Source: a virus
DNA: 64,000 nt
Virus record (IMG/VR): IMGVR_UViG_3300042539_000668
Coordinates: 4,002-68,001 of that record
Strand: one strand, 5' to 3'
The notes beneath the pieces are model-generated. The model was not told the DNA's origin. It did not search any database and saw only the letters and a list, made by a program, of their open reading frames with translations. This document shows, one piece after another, positions 44,501-53,573 of this stretch. Made by a program: the position numbers and the translations under genes. Every line of letters begins with the position of its first letter. The first letter of the stretch is position 1.

Positions 44501-47500
44501 TGCAAGAAGTCCATCAAGACGCTTGATTTCATCCTCAAGCTCGGTGATTATCTCATCGTATATCTTGGGGTCTCCAATCAGTTTGCTTGCGCTTACGGGG
44601 GTTGGTGCATCAAGGGGAGTGGATTCTCCAGCGGCAACCTTTGCAGCGTGTATGTCCTCCATCGCGTCATTGACATCCTCCGCAAGGTCAACCACCTCCT
44701 TGATTTCCTTGTTCTCCTCCTTGTCCAAGAACTCCTCAACCTCCTCCTTTGACTGCTGAATGTCATCGGCAATGGTCTTGCCCTTTTCCGAACCCTCTTG
44801 GGACTCCAGCTTGCCCTTGAACTCAAGGTCGATTTTTTGAGCAATGACCAACTGGGCAAACTTCCCATACTGGCTGTAGACTTCATTCAGCGCAGCGTTC
44901 ATCTGACCCATCTGCCTTGCCTTGATGGCCATGTCCATGACCATCTTGGCTCGGAGGTTGGCAATCTCCTTGCGGGCTTTCGCTGACAGCTTCTTGCTTC
45001 CAGCATACATATCCAAAGCAGCGTGAAGTTCGCCATAGGCAACAACACGAGAAACACCATTGGTCACCGACTGGACATCAGCATAGACTGCCTTGGCCCA
45101 CTCTACAGGCGGCAGGTCTGCGTACTTGAAGTAAAGCTCGGCCACATAGTTCCTTCCTTGGTCAATGGCCAAACGGTACTCTTGGTCAGTCTTGTATGCT
45201 TCTTCGTATCCAAAGATGGCATCGCGCTCTTCTGCACGGGCTGGGTCACCTTGGATTTTCTCGAGACGACGACGGGCTACAGTGATGATATTGCGGGTAT
45301 CCTCTGGCGTTGTAGGAGGAAGTTCATCCTCCTTCCGCTCTACTATTTCTCTGCGCCTTGGGTCAAACCTTCCATAGTTGCCCGTTGCGGACTTGATTTG
45401 GGTGGGGCCGAATACGATATAAGAGTCTTGCGGAACTCCGGAGTATTCAACAGCATTCAAATACACTATACCGCCATATCCCTTAGAAGTTATTTCATCG
45501 GCCAATTCGGCCATTGTGGCGGCATCGCTGTCCCAAGAAAGCTCTTCTTTTATCTTCTTGACACTTCCCCAGTTTCCAACGTCCGGCAGGCGCAACAACT
45601 TTCCAGTAGAGATGTAATACGCCCCTATGTTGGCTCCGCTTGCGAAAGCCATTCCGGGATAGGCCCGATCCGCCGCTGCCTTCAATTCGGACAACGCGGA
45701 TAGCTCATCTTTAGTGGGCTTGTATTCATACTCTTCAAGAACGGCGCCGATGCTTTCTCCGCTCTTGATTCTGTCAAGAATTGCAGACTGCTCTTCGTCT
45801 GTCGGCTGCCTCCGCATATCCCTTAAGGTATTTGCATATTCAACAGCCTTTGAACGCGCTTCATAGTATTTATTCTCAAGCCTTATAAACTCCTGCTTAT
45901 CGGATTCTGACATCCTTTCGCCAGTAGTCATCTCAAGGCGCGACTTGGCGGCGTCTATATCCCCAAAATGAAACCCAATGTGCGCTCCTCTTGTTTTTTT
46001 GAATGCCCCAATATCAGCGTGAGTGGCATGGTAAACCACGACAGGTCTGCCTTGTTTGTCTTTTGGCCCCTTGTAAAACCTCCAAAAGTTCCGCACACCC
46101 TCTACCGTAGGATGGATGGGTCGCCCTTCGGAGTTGAACACCGTGCGCTCCTTGCCGTCCACCGTCACGGTCTTGGTGTCGCCGACAGGGGTCTTTGGCT
46201 CTTCAATACCATTGAAGGCTTCATCCTCCTTCCGCTCCATGACCTCGCGGCGTGGCTTTGTTTCCTGCTTTATAAGTTTTCCGCTACTTGATACAATTTC
46301 ATCAAATTTCTCTTTGTTAACCCTATTGTCCTCATACCAAGGTTGAGTTCTGTTAGAACCATTTTCATTCGTGCTAACCTTAAAACTTGATGGAGCGACT
46401 GAGTTCTTGCCCTTTTTCTTCACTTCATTGATCATTTTTGTGTATTGATCAAGAGTGAACTTGTATTGATTTCCCTTTGAGTCAGAATATATTTTATAGC
46501 GATTTCCGTTCTTGTCAATCGCATACTCTGTACCATAAGCATATGAGCCATACTCACCCTCCTTGGCCGAAACATCGGCAAAGGGATTTTTCTGACCCTT
46601 CACCTCATTGAGAAGGGCTTCAAGTGTTTTGTGACTTGCTTCCTGTCCACTATGTGCAACCCAACTTTCCCAATGCCAACGACCGGGAGTTGCTTTAGTT
46701 CCTTCAGGTCGAAGCCCCTCCTTAATTAGCTTATCAAATATTGCCGGGAGTTTTTCTTTCAGCACCGACTCTATTGGCTCATACAACAACAGCCCTCTTA
46801 CTCCAGTTGTCAAATCAGCAAGTCCACTTCCCGGTAATTTGCCACTTACGGCAGTAAGATTGCCATCGCTATCGTCAACAATTTCCTGAACCTTGAGTTG
46901 ATCTTCTTTAGAAGAACCTAGCCACGTGTAGATTTTTTCTTTTTTAGGCTTGCCATTTTTCGTTAATACAGGATTGCCTTCTTTGTCCAGCACGGGCTTT
47001 TCAGAATAATATCCATGCCTTCCAATTCCATCATACAAATTATAGTCACCAAGCCTCCCATCATTAAATGTGTTGTCAATCTGTACCCTGTCAAAAACAG
47101 CTACATCGGGATGGCCTATAACAAGCAACGTGAATGACATTACCTTGTTGTCAATGCCAACGCCTTGACTCATCTTTAGGAACTCTCGGCGAATTTCTTT
47201 GCCTGTCTTCTTTGGGTCACTAAACAAATCGTGAAGTGCCTGCATCCTTGTCTTTCCGTCAGGACCAATTTGAGCCATTTTCGCCATAAACGAACCACCA
47301 AAAGCATTTGCGTTGTGAGTGGTTCCTGCACCCGGCTGGCCAGTACCCTTCTTGATTGTATCAGACACTATTTCATTCCAAGCCTCGGCATCAGCCTTAG
47401 TAAAGGTTCCGTTGACAACCTTGTCAACAAATGGACCAAGCGGTGACACAAGGTCTACAAATGCAGATTCCTGTACATATGGAGAAACGCCCCTTGACAA

Positions 47501-49861
47501 GAATGACCACATCATCAACTTTGCCGTGGTTGACGGAGGAACCTTTCCAGAAGTGTACAACTTTCTAAACTCCTCCCCCATTTCAAATCCATGCTCGGCA
47601 TCAGAAACCTGACCGGGCGAGAGAGTCTTTAACTGATTGTATACCCCATCGCCATTTATCATTTCGATAAACCTAGCGGGGGCCATTGGAACGTCATTTG
47701 TTCCATATGCAATCGCTTGCATACGAAGCCAATTAGTAACACTTTCAGTAGCGTTTTTGGACAATGACAAGACCTTGTCCAAAGCAGAAAGCTGCTTAAC
47801 GGCGTTTTTGTTAGTGGTATTTTGACCAATAACAGCTTTTACGCCAACTTCTTTTTCCTTTGAAATATCTACGGTCTGCCTAAGCCTTTTAACAACGCCA
47901 TGTTTGTTGACATCGTCAAAATACTTTATACGGCGCTCTAGATATTTCCTTTGCTTGTCTGTTGCCCCGAAGGCTTTTTGCCAGTTTTTGGCATTGAACT
48001 CAAATCCTTCTGTTTTGAGCGCAGAGATGTAGGGGGCAAGAACATTATCGACGGCCCCTCGGAATAGATCGGGTCGTCCGGTTCCGCCATCCTCGCGCCC
48101 ATCCGCTCCGCTATCTCCCTGAAGATTTGTGCCCGTGACTTGCTTCCAGTATCCATCTGCGTTGTCTAGTTGACTGTTGGTGCCAAAGATAATAATATCC
48201 GTGAGACCCGATGCTTGCTGAACTTTTTGTACTTGAGCAAGGAAGTCTTGATATTGATCTTCCTCTGACTTTTTTGACTTATCATCAGGGAAAAAGAAGA
48301 ACTTGATGCCGCCGCCGTTAGCCGCCTCACTAGCACCATAGAAGCCCTCCTTCGATGCCAAAGATAAAGCATTCCGAACTTCCTTCCTGCTAATCGTCTT
48401 CCCGTCGGGCCTTCTTATGACCACCGACGGTATGCCAACATTGTCTTTAGCTGATGGCTGATAGGTAACAACCGCCTCTTGCAAAAATGCGAAGCCTAGA
48501 AGATTTGCAAACTTTCTAGCATCATCAAATGATACTTGAGAACCATCTTCAGACAGCGGAGTAATAACAAATGTGTTTTCTATTTCTCCATTCCAAAGAC
48601 CCTGTATGCTGATTTTTGACTTTGTAGATTCCGCTTTAAATCCTGAGATGTTTTCAAGGAAATTAGACGCTGCCGAAGAATTAAGAATCAAATCAACTCT
48701 CTGATGCAGCCTGTCAATGTAAAGCTGACTATTGCCACCTTTTGGATAAGATACAATTGCGCCCTTTTTATCTTGCTCAAGAACAAAACTTTTCCCCGGC
48801 TTGGACGAAACAACAACTGATACCTTTCCAGATTCCGACTTAACTATTTCTTCCTTTGATATTTTGTCCTTTTCCTTCCTTTCCACGGCCTCTCTCATTC
48901 CAGTGGCCTCGGATTCGGCCTTAACCTCCCTAGCAGCGGCTTCTGCAAGCCCTTCCTTCATCTTCCCGCCTACTGCAATTGATTGCCCAAGAGCGTTGAA
49001 GAATGCCCGGACATCAGACTCTTTCTCAACGGGGAATACAAGGCCACCTGTCAGCTTGTTGATGAACTGCTTGATGGCCTCTGCCAGCTTACTCAGTGCG
49101 CTAAGTTCCTTAGCCCCAACCTTTCCATCTGCAAAACGCTTCTCAATACGCGCAGTCATTTCGGCCAAGAACTCTTCAGGCCTTATCTCCTTATTCTCAT
49201 ACTGCTTAACAAACTCATCAAGATACGCAAGGTCTTTTACAGAAGTAGACGGCCTTATAGCTGCAATAAACTTCTTGAACAGCTTTGGGTCTCCGGCAAA
49301 ATACTCCATCAAAGCGACGTGGGCAAGTTCATGCGCCACAGTGCTTAATGACTTGGTGTCCAAGTTGATGTAAATGTCAGCGCCCATGTACTTGCCGTTG
49401 GCATCGTACCGAGGGACAGCAACTCCACCACCAGTATATTCTTTGCCCGAAACATCCTTTGTAATGCGCTGATAGTCAGCTTTACTCTCTGCAACGAAAA
49501 TCCTGTTTCCCTTGCCCGTGTTGGCATCGTATCCTAAATTGTTGTTACTGAGCCATCGAATGCCATTTATAATCCTGCCAATTATCTGAGGCTTGGATAA
49601 TTTATTAGCATTAACTCCATCATGGCGCTCCATGAGATCCTGCATGGCATCAACATCCGAAGCGTCTACAGCACCCTTGGGGACAGCCTGCTCCACCTTC
49701 GCCTTCCCTTCTTCAGTAGCCAAGGTTTCCTTGGCAACTGACGTAAGTTCGGGGATGCGCTCCAGCAGCCCGTCATACATCAGGGCGCGGAACTCGTTAT
49801 GGTTGTAGTCCTTGCCGTTGAAGGTAAAGATGCGGTCCTTGATGTCGCAGGATAGTGCCAT
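41594..49861 (-). CDS. Giant polyvalent, probably ejected, virion protein (2755 aa)
   Basis: HELAH...EEFLAE zincin; GLWNGEIENTF...QEAVV; GIDNKVMSF...AVFDR; VVYHAT...GFHFG...YIVF.P.QIKSA.GN.GRFD; coiled coil; long helical C-terminal region. Confidence 0.8.
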   Translation of the reverse strand: MALSCDIKDRIFTFNGKDYNHNEFRALMYDGLLERIPELTSVAKETLATEEGKAKVEQAVPKGAVDASDVDAMQDLMERHDGVNANKLSKPQIIGRIINGIRWLSNNNLGYDANTGKGNRIFVAESKADYQRITKDVSGKEYTGGGVAVPRYDANGKYMGADIYINLDTKSLSTVAHELAHVALMEYFAGDPKLFKKFIAAIRPSTSVKDLAYLDEFVKQYENKEIRPEEFLAEMTARIEKRFADGKVGAKELSALSKLAEAIKQFINKLTGGLVFPVEKESDVRAFFNALGQSIAVGGKMKEGLAEAAAREVKAESEATGMREAVERKEKDKISKEEIVKSESGKVSVVVSSKPGKSFVLEQDKKGAIVSYPKGGNSQLYIDRLHQRVDLILNSSAASNFLENISGFKAESTKSKISIQGLWNGEIENTFVITPLSEDGSQVSFDDARKFANLLGFAFLQEAVVTYQPSAKDNVGIPSVVIRRPDGKTISRKEVRNALSLASKEGFYGASEAANGGGIKFFFFPDDKSKKSEEDQYQDFLAQVQKVQQASGLTDIIIFGTNSQLDNADGYWKQVTGTNLQGDSGADGREDGGTGRPDLFRGAVDNVLAPYISALKTEGFEFNAKNWQKAFGATDKQRKYLERRIKYFDDVNKHGVVKRLRQTVDISKEKEVGVKAVIGQNTTNKNAVKQLSALDKVLSLSKNATESVTNWLRMQAIAYGTNDVPMAPARFIEMINGDGVYNQLKTLSPGQVSDAEHGFEMGEEFRKLYTSGKVPPSTTAKLMMWSFLSRGVSPYVQESAFVDLVSPLGPFVDKVVNGTFTKADAEAWNEIVSDTIKKGTGQPGAGTTHNANAFGGSFMAKMAQIGPDGKTRMQALHDLFSDPKKTGKEIRREFLKMSQGVGIDNKVMSFTLLVIGHPDVAVFDRVQIDNTFNDGRLGDYNLYDGIGRHGYYSEKPVLDKEGNPVLTKNGKPKKEKIYTWLGSSKEDQLKVQEIVDDSDGNLTAVSGKLPGSGLADLTTGVRGLLLYEPIESVLKEKLPAIFDKLIKEGLRPEGTKATPGRWHWESWVAHSGQEASHKTLEALLNEVKGQKNPFADVSAKEGEYGSYAYGTEYAIDKNGNRYKIYSDSKGNQYKFTLDQYTKMINEVKKKGKNSVAPSSFKVSTNENGSNRTQPWYEDNRVNKEKFDEIVSSSGKLIKQETKPRREVMERKEDEAFNGIEEPKTPVGDTKTVTVDGKERTVFNSEGRPIHPTVEGVRNFWRFYKGPKDKQGRPVVVYHATHADIGAFKKTRGAHIGFHFGDIDAAKSRLEMTTGERMSESDKQEFIRLENKYYEARSKAVEYANTLRDMRRQPTDEEQSAILDRIKSGESIGAVLEEYEYKPTKDELSALSELKAAADRAYPGMAFASGANIGAYYISTGKLLRLPDVGNWGSVKKIKEELSWDSDAATMAELADEITSKGYGGIVYLNAVEYSGVPQDSYIVFGPTQIKSATGNYGRFDPRRREIVERKEDELPPTTPEDTRNIITVARRRLEKIQGDPARAEERDAIFGYEEAYKTDQEYRLAIDQGRNYVAELYFKYADLPPVEWAKAVYADVQSVTNGVSRVVAYGELHAALDMYAGSKKLSAKARKEIANLRAKMVMDMAIKARQMGQMNAALNEVYSQYGKFAQLVIAQKIDLEFKGKLESQEGSEKGKTIADDIQQSKEEVEEFLDKEENKEIKEVVDLAEDVNDAMEDIHAAKVAAGESTPLDAPTPVSASKLIGDPKIYDEIITELEDEIKRLDGLLAGVNKLYSSAAANAASYAQQVADLTKEINNKNRLIGKLKKQKDKIAAERDTYKKQAAALEKKVNDLKAINKLLAKNKLSPKKKASLVAKLVQLAGAGKLNDPDFDSVFAAITGGNYLTTQDRKAIEHMAKAMEYFAGIRYRIDDKSAIPAQKEMGEKYAKRLNQYLEQVSREPKSAVKWMIIFQSWFYNAVLSGISTLQNAFVGSVLTGIPNAVMNSIAMSAKNPSTAIGANIYGMMRMLKEMPTAFSKGMFNQSAYDSMGTSWTVENASTYADPFEVHILNGFFKQWNRVKNDPTALGKTKGALMLLASASAQATRITALLKFIDPVLRHSLAAHMEGMQDYIKLKNEMRGMVKDGTADPSIVEAWTPFISKKLFNKIDEMAGVAMKDRTEAAKEAQEEIDQMESDGVSIPRDYLRRRTSEIMRAKRDAEMTNAVDQMSADMIMMWRPDGVLGYVWDKSSKKMAISERDSFVSALGKLALNLSILPFLRITAQGVSEIQSTIPIIGYAAAKYGLAKKANGEWKWGSKTSDAQSPEFANMQMGRRVALNVLSTMIIAGLFINTFEVEDADDDDEAEDVYDLFGKKVRIKMDPDRVFDFTADARGSKSKNQGIMEGRSNFSIRFRFGKDDEWSDWTSVRLSPHMTIPVAWLGRISDDVNKLYAEPVVGRGRIPKKAEFYEYFTDSPLTAMGEVSFATIPRLWSTFKYDAGAGFARMFMSPVAAIAQPAIYRDVVSTAASMAGATKKGEYMPEGFLGTSKALFSSIYGLNHIVSNEMTDEYGLPFESIDPIRNFWKNYTSIDERSDDYPEVNLRWKYANTFIEATPRAQRIEKVQRMLGEGEPLAGRSAEIELTKDEQFKSSLLTKAIYRNRVLKEYENIISKAEQEKKTSGKNSAAAQQVEDELNKAHRYAAGQSEWAFSTYKSGKIKLDEIVKTIDSLNAKSKEMSDRIKSRGLGPAAQEIEKYERSKK

Positions 49862-50367
49862 TACTTGAATTTCTCTTGTTGCCAGTAGTAAAGTGCAAAG
49901 CTATTCACGTCAGCAGCGATGGTCTGAAGTTCGTTGAGCATATCGCTGTACTCAATCACGCTCTCATTCTGACCAAGACGCAGCGGGGTGAGGAAATCGA
50001 ACACACACAGGTCAAGGTTGAACATCTCCTTGGATGTCTCCTCGTATGCTTCGTACAGGGCGTACTCAAGGTCATATGCTTGCTCGACCACGTCGATAAG
50101 GCCACGATATTCCTTGTCAGGCTGTTCGATGGCAGGGAGTTCAAAGAAGACATTCCAGTCTGTGATGTACTTCTCAATCTTCCGAGCGTGGTCGTGTTCG
50201 TTCTCCGCTTCTTTCTTGAAGAACTTGGCGATTGCTTCGTACCCCTGCCCCTGACACCAGTTGGCCACAGCAGTGTAGAAGTACATGGCATCGTACTCAT
50301 CCTTGAGGCGCTCAAGGAGTTTAGATACGACCAGCTTATCGAGTGTTTTGGGGGCTTTTACGGGCAT
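49861..50367 (-). CDS. ftnA: Ferritin (non-heme FtnA-like)
   Basis: E..A.YFY.A.A.WC...GY...A.FF...A.NE..HA.K...Y..D; E and Q.E ferroxidase-region residues. Confidence 0.85.
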   Translation of the reverse strand: MPVKAPKTLDKLVVSKLLERLKDEYDAMYFYTAVANWCQGQGYEAIAKFFKKEAENEHDHARKIEKYITDWNVFFELPAIEQPDKEYRGLIDVVEQAYDLEYALYEAYEETSKEMFNLDLCVFDFLTPLRLGQNESVIEYSDMLNELQTIAADVNSFALYYWQQEKFK

Positions 50368-53300
50368 CGTACTTTAAGTTTACCTGCTTTCTCTAAGTCA
50401 TTTACAGCTTTGTCAAAGTTAGCATCTACTTCGGCAAGTCGAGCATCCTCCGCAAGCATTTTCTTCTTTGCACTCTCGCCGCTCTTTTTGGTTTTTTCGT
50501 GACGGCTAGATTCTTTGTCCTCTGCCTTGGACAGGTCTTTCATCTTCTTCAAGGTCTCTGCCTTGGGGGCAGCAATGGCTTCAGTAGTGGCAGCAGGGGC
50601 GGTGGGCTTGGTCATTGCAAGCTGCTCTCTCGCGGCTTGTTTGATTTCGGCCCCTGATGCGACCACTATATAAGACTCTTTGGTTGGCGTTTTTATCTTG
50701 GTTTCCTTCCCGACAGGTATTCCAAGAATAGACTTTCTTGTGGATATTTCAACACCACCACTTTTTATGGACTTGGCCTTAGAGCGAAGCGCCTCTGGAA
50801 TTTCATCAAGTGACTGATATGTCAGCGTTACAATCTGATTATCGTCAAGTGATTCAATTTCTTGAGGAAGTGCTGGGGCAGGAGCAGTCTCTGTAGTTGG
50901 AGCAGGGGCAGCAGGGGTGGGTTGGGTGGTTGTAGGTCTTCCTGAAACAATTGCCGAAACAGTTTTATCTCCAACTTGGTCAAGCAAAAATGTACGATGA
51001 TGACCATCTTTCAAATGATATGTTCCATCCGGAAGATAGGTAGCCTTTATGGGATTTAGTTTATTGAACTCTCGAAGTTTTTGCTGTGCTTCTTTATTGG
51101 CCTTAAAAGCATCAACCATTTCTCTCATTGTAGCATTATCGGGAATTTGCATTCCTGCTACATTTATCAATACGTCTCTTACCTGTGATTCAGTAACGCC
51201 CTGCGTCCCGATTGACCCATTCGGTCGGCGCACATTTGAAATGTCAAAATCCTCAATTTCTTCAACAGGGGCTACTTCTGCTTGCGCCCCGCCCTCTTGG
51301 GTAGCTTGAGTCCCTTCGACGCTCGGTCGAACTCCTCCACCCCCTTCTTCCCTAACGCCTTCTGTCCTGCTGGGCTGTGCGCCCACTTCCGCTGTTGTTG
51401 GCTCTTGTACGGCATCTGTTGTTGGTGTTACTGGTTTCTTTTCAGTTGAGATACGCGCAAGCTCTTGGTCAATAGCTTTGATTCTATCGCCCACCAGCGC
51501 AGGGTCTTTTTTCTTTAGCTGTGCCTTCTCCGTGAGCAGGTCAAATGCCTTTCTAGTTGCAGCAACCGATAAATCATCAGGGATTTGATTTGACACCTCC
51601 TTGGCCACACGAAGGTCTTCCATGGCCTTGTCGTAATCGGAGCGGCTTATTTTCCCCTTTTCAAGTGCAGCAGATGCCGTAGCTTCAAACTCATCCTGCA
51701 AGCTACCATCTCCAACAATTTTCTTGAATACTTCAAATTGCCTGTCATTCAATCTTTGACGAGCGCCAATAGAAGTGACAGCGGTCATTGATCCGCTGAT
51801 TATGTTACCAACTATACCGCCAACCAAAAAGTTGTCTACTAAACCATCCCCAAACTCCCTAAATGATTCTGCATTATTAAATAACAAGTCGGCCCTATCC
51901 CCGAATTCGCTACGCTTATAATTTTCATAAATTGACTTTACCGCCTCTTCTTGAGTATAGTCAATCATTTCTTCGGTTCCCTCAATAAGATAGCCTTGCG
52001 TCAGCTTGGATGTCATGTTCGCAACATAACTCTTGGTCTCTGCGTCAATAATTCTGCGTATTTGACCAGCAGTCATATTTGGCGCAAACTTTCTAGCAGC
52101 CTTAAAGAATATGTCATTGACAATTGGCATTTTTCCGCCAAGTGCCCTGAGTCCCGCTGTAGAAAGACCTGCGCTAACAGCAGATACACCAATCCTAATC
52201 GCCTCCTTCTCTGCTTCGGGAACTTGGTCCCAAAGCTCTCCCTGCATCTCCTGACCCATTTGGTCATAGGAGCCAGCGAAGAAGGTTGCCATCATTGCAG
52301 GAGACCCACCTACCGCAGAAGCAGCCAATGCTGGAACCATGTCTGCGGTTGCATACAATCCCTGATAAAGAAGATTCTTTTGCCTGTCAGCCTCAATAAA
52401 TTCAGGAGTTACAAATTGCTTTATTTTAGAAATTTCTACAGGAGCAATTCGCAATTTGCTTATTGCTGTTTTTTTATCTTCTTCATATTTTTTTATTTGT
52501 TCTTCTGAAATAAGGCCGAAATCGGCCATAACTTTAATAGGGTCTGGAATAATTTTGTCTTGAAATTCAGTAATGCCAGCCATAGCACTACCCATTGCTT
52601 GAGTTATAGAATATGTCAGACCAGCAACTGTATTGCCCTTTTGCGACTTAATTTCCTTATCACGCCTTGCGGTCATAAGCTCATCCATTTGAGCCTTTTC
52701 CGCAAAATCATTCATAATATCTGCGTTTATCTTTAGCTTTTCATATTCTTTTTTAACTTTCTCATTGGCTTGAGCTATAGTATTCTTGTATGATTGCTCA
52801 TCTAGCAAACCTTGAGACCTAGCAAAATTGGCTTGATTTATTTTGTCGGTATATCCTTTTTCAATTGAAGTATTGTACGCATCAAAGAATTGCCTCATTC
52901 TATTGAATTGCTGTACAGATGCCTCATTTGCTTTCTTTCGCTCCTCTACTCCTTTTGCGTCAAGATTGGCGTAATTCTTCTCGTAATAGTTATACTCTGC
53001 TCTTTCCTTTTCGGGGAGCAGCTTTGGCTGTGCGAGACTTGGAAGCTGTTGCGTTGTTTCTGTTCCGAGTGGCTTTGGTGCGATTGCCGCTCTCAAGTCC
53101 ATCGGCTCTTGAGATGGAGCAACCGATGGAGAAGGTGTATCCAAAGGCTGTGATAGACGCGCCGAACGAAGACCGGGGGAGTATGCCTCCAGTTCGCTCA
53201 TTCCCTCCCCAGCAGGTGGCGGCTGCTGGGGCTGGGCAAAAGGGACTCGCGCCTTTGTAGGGTCTCCCACTTCGGGGATTTCCGGGGTCTCTTGGATTGA

Positions 53301-53558
53301 CTCGCGGAACTCCTCCATTACATCTCCCTGCTGCCTACGCGCAGCGCGTTCCTGATCATCCCTCTGTGCAGCGGTTGGTTGCTGACTACTGCTAGAAGGA
53401 AGTGGAATCCCTATGTTCTCTGCTGTAATGTTATACTTCTTGAAGTCATCAATCGTTGCCAAACCTTGCTTGATTGCAAACTGAGCAATGCGTTTTTTAG
53501 TCATGTCCTTTGGGACACCTGCTAAAACTTTTCCATTTGGAAGTATTACGTCGGGCAT
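50358..53558 (-). CDS. Large ejection/internal virion protein with a ParB-like domain
   Basis: 1066 aa; Gly/Ala hydrophobic helices; NPI......Y.L.DGHHR near the C-terminus. Confidence 0.7.
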   Translation of the reverse strand: MPDVILPNGKVLAGVPKDMTKKRIAQFAIKQGLATIDDFKKYNITAENIGIPLPSSSSQQPTAAQRDDQERAARRQQGDVMEEFRESIQETPEIPEVGDPTKARVPFAQPQQPPPAGEGMSELEAYSPGLRSARLSQPLDTPSPSVAPSQEPMDLRAAIAPKPLGTETTQQLPSLAQPKLLPEKERAEYNYYEKNYANLDAKGVEERKKANEASVQQFNRMRQFFDAYNTSIEKGYTDKINQANFARSQGLLDEQSYKNTIAQANEKVKKEYEKLKINADIMNDFAEKAQMDELMTARRDKEIKSQKGNTVAGLTYSITQAMGSAMAGITEFQDKIIPDPIKVMADFGLISEEQIKKYEEDKKTAISKLRIAPVEISKIKQFVTPEFIEADRQKNLLYQGLYATADMVPALAASAVGGSPAMMATFFAGSYDQMGQEMQGELWDQVPEAEKEAIRIGVSAVSAGLSTAGLRALGGKMPIVNDIFFKAARKFAPNMTAGQIRRIIDAETKSYVANMTSKLTQGYLIEGTEEMIDYTQEEAVKSIYENYKRSEFGDRADLLFNNAESFREFGDGLVDNFLVGGIVGNIISGSMTAVTSIGARQRLNDRQFEVFKKIVGDGSLQDEFEATASAALEKGKISRSDYDKAMEDLRVAKEVSNQIPDDLSVAATRKAFDLLTEKAQLKKKDPALVGDRIKAIDQELARISTEKKPVTPTTDAVQEPTTAEVGAQPSRTEGVREEGGGGVRPSVEGTQATQEGGAQAEVAPVEEIEDFDISNVRRPNGSIGTQGVTESQVRDVLINVAGMQIPDNATMREMVDAFKANKEAQQKLREFNKLNPIKATYLPDGTYHLKDGHHRTFLLDQVGDKTVSAIVSGRPTTTQPTPAAPAPTTETAPAPALPQEIESLDDNQIVTLTYQSLDEIPEALRSKAKSIKSGGVEISTRKSILGIPVGKETKIKTPTKESYIVVASGAEIKQAAREQLAMTKPTAPAATTEAIAAPKAETLKKMKDLSKAEDKESSRHEKTKKSGESAKKKMLAEDARLAEVDANFDKAVNDLEKAGKLKVRCP

Positions 53559-53573
53559 TGTGCTTTTTGTTTT

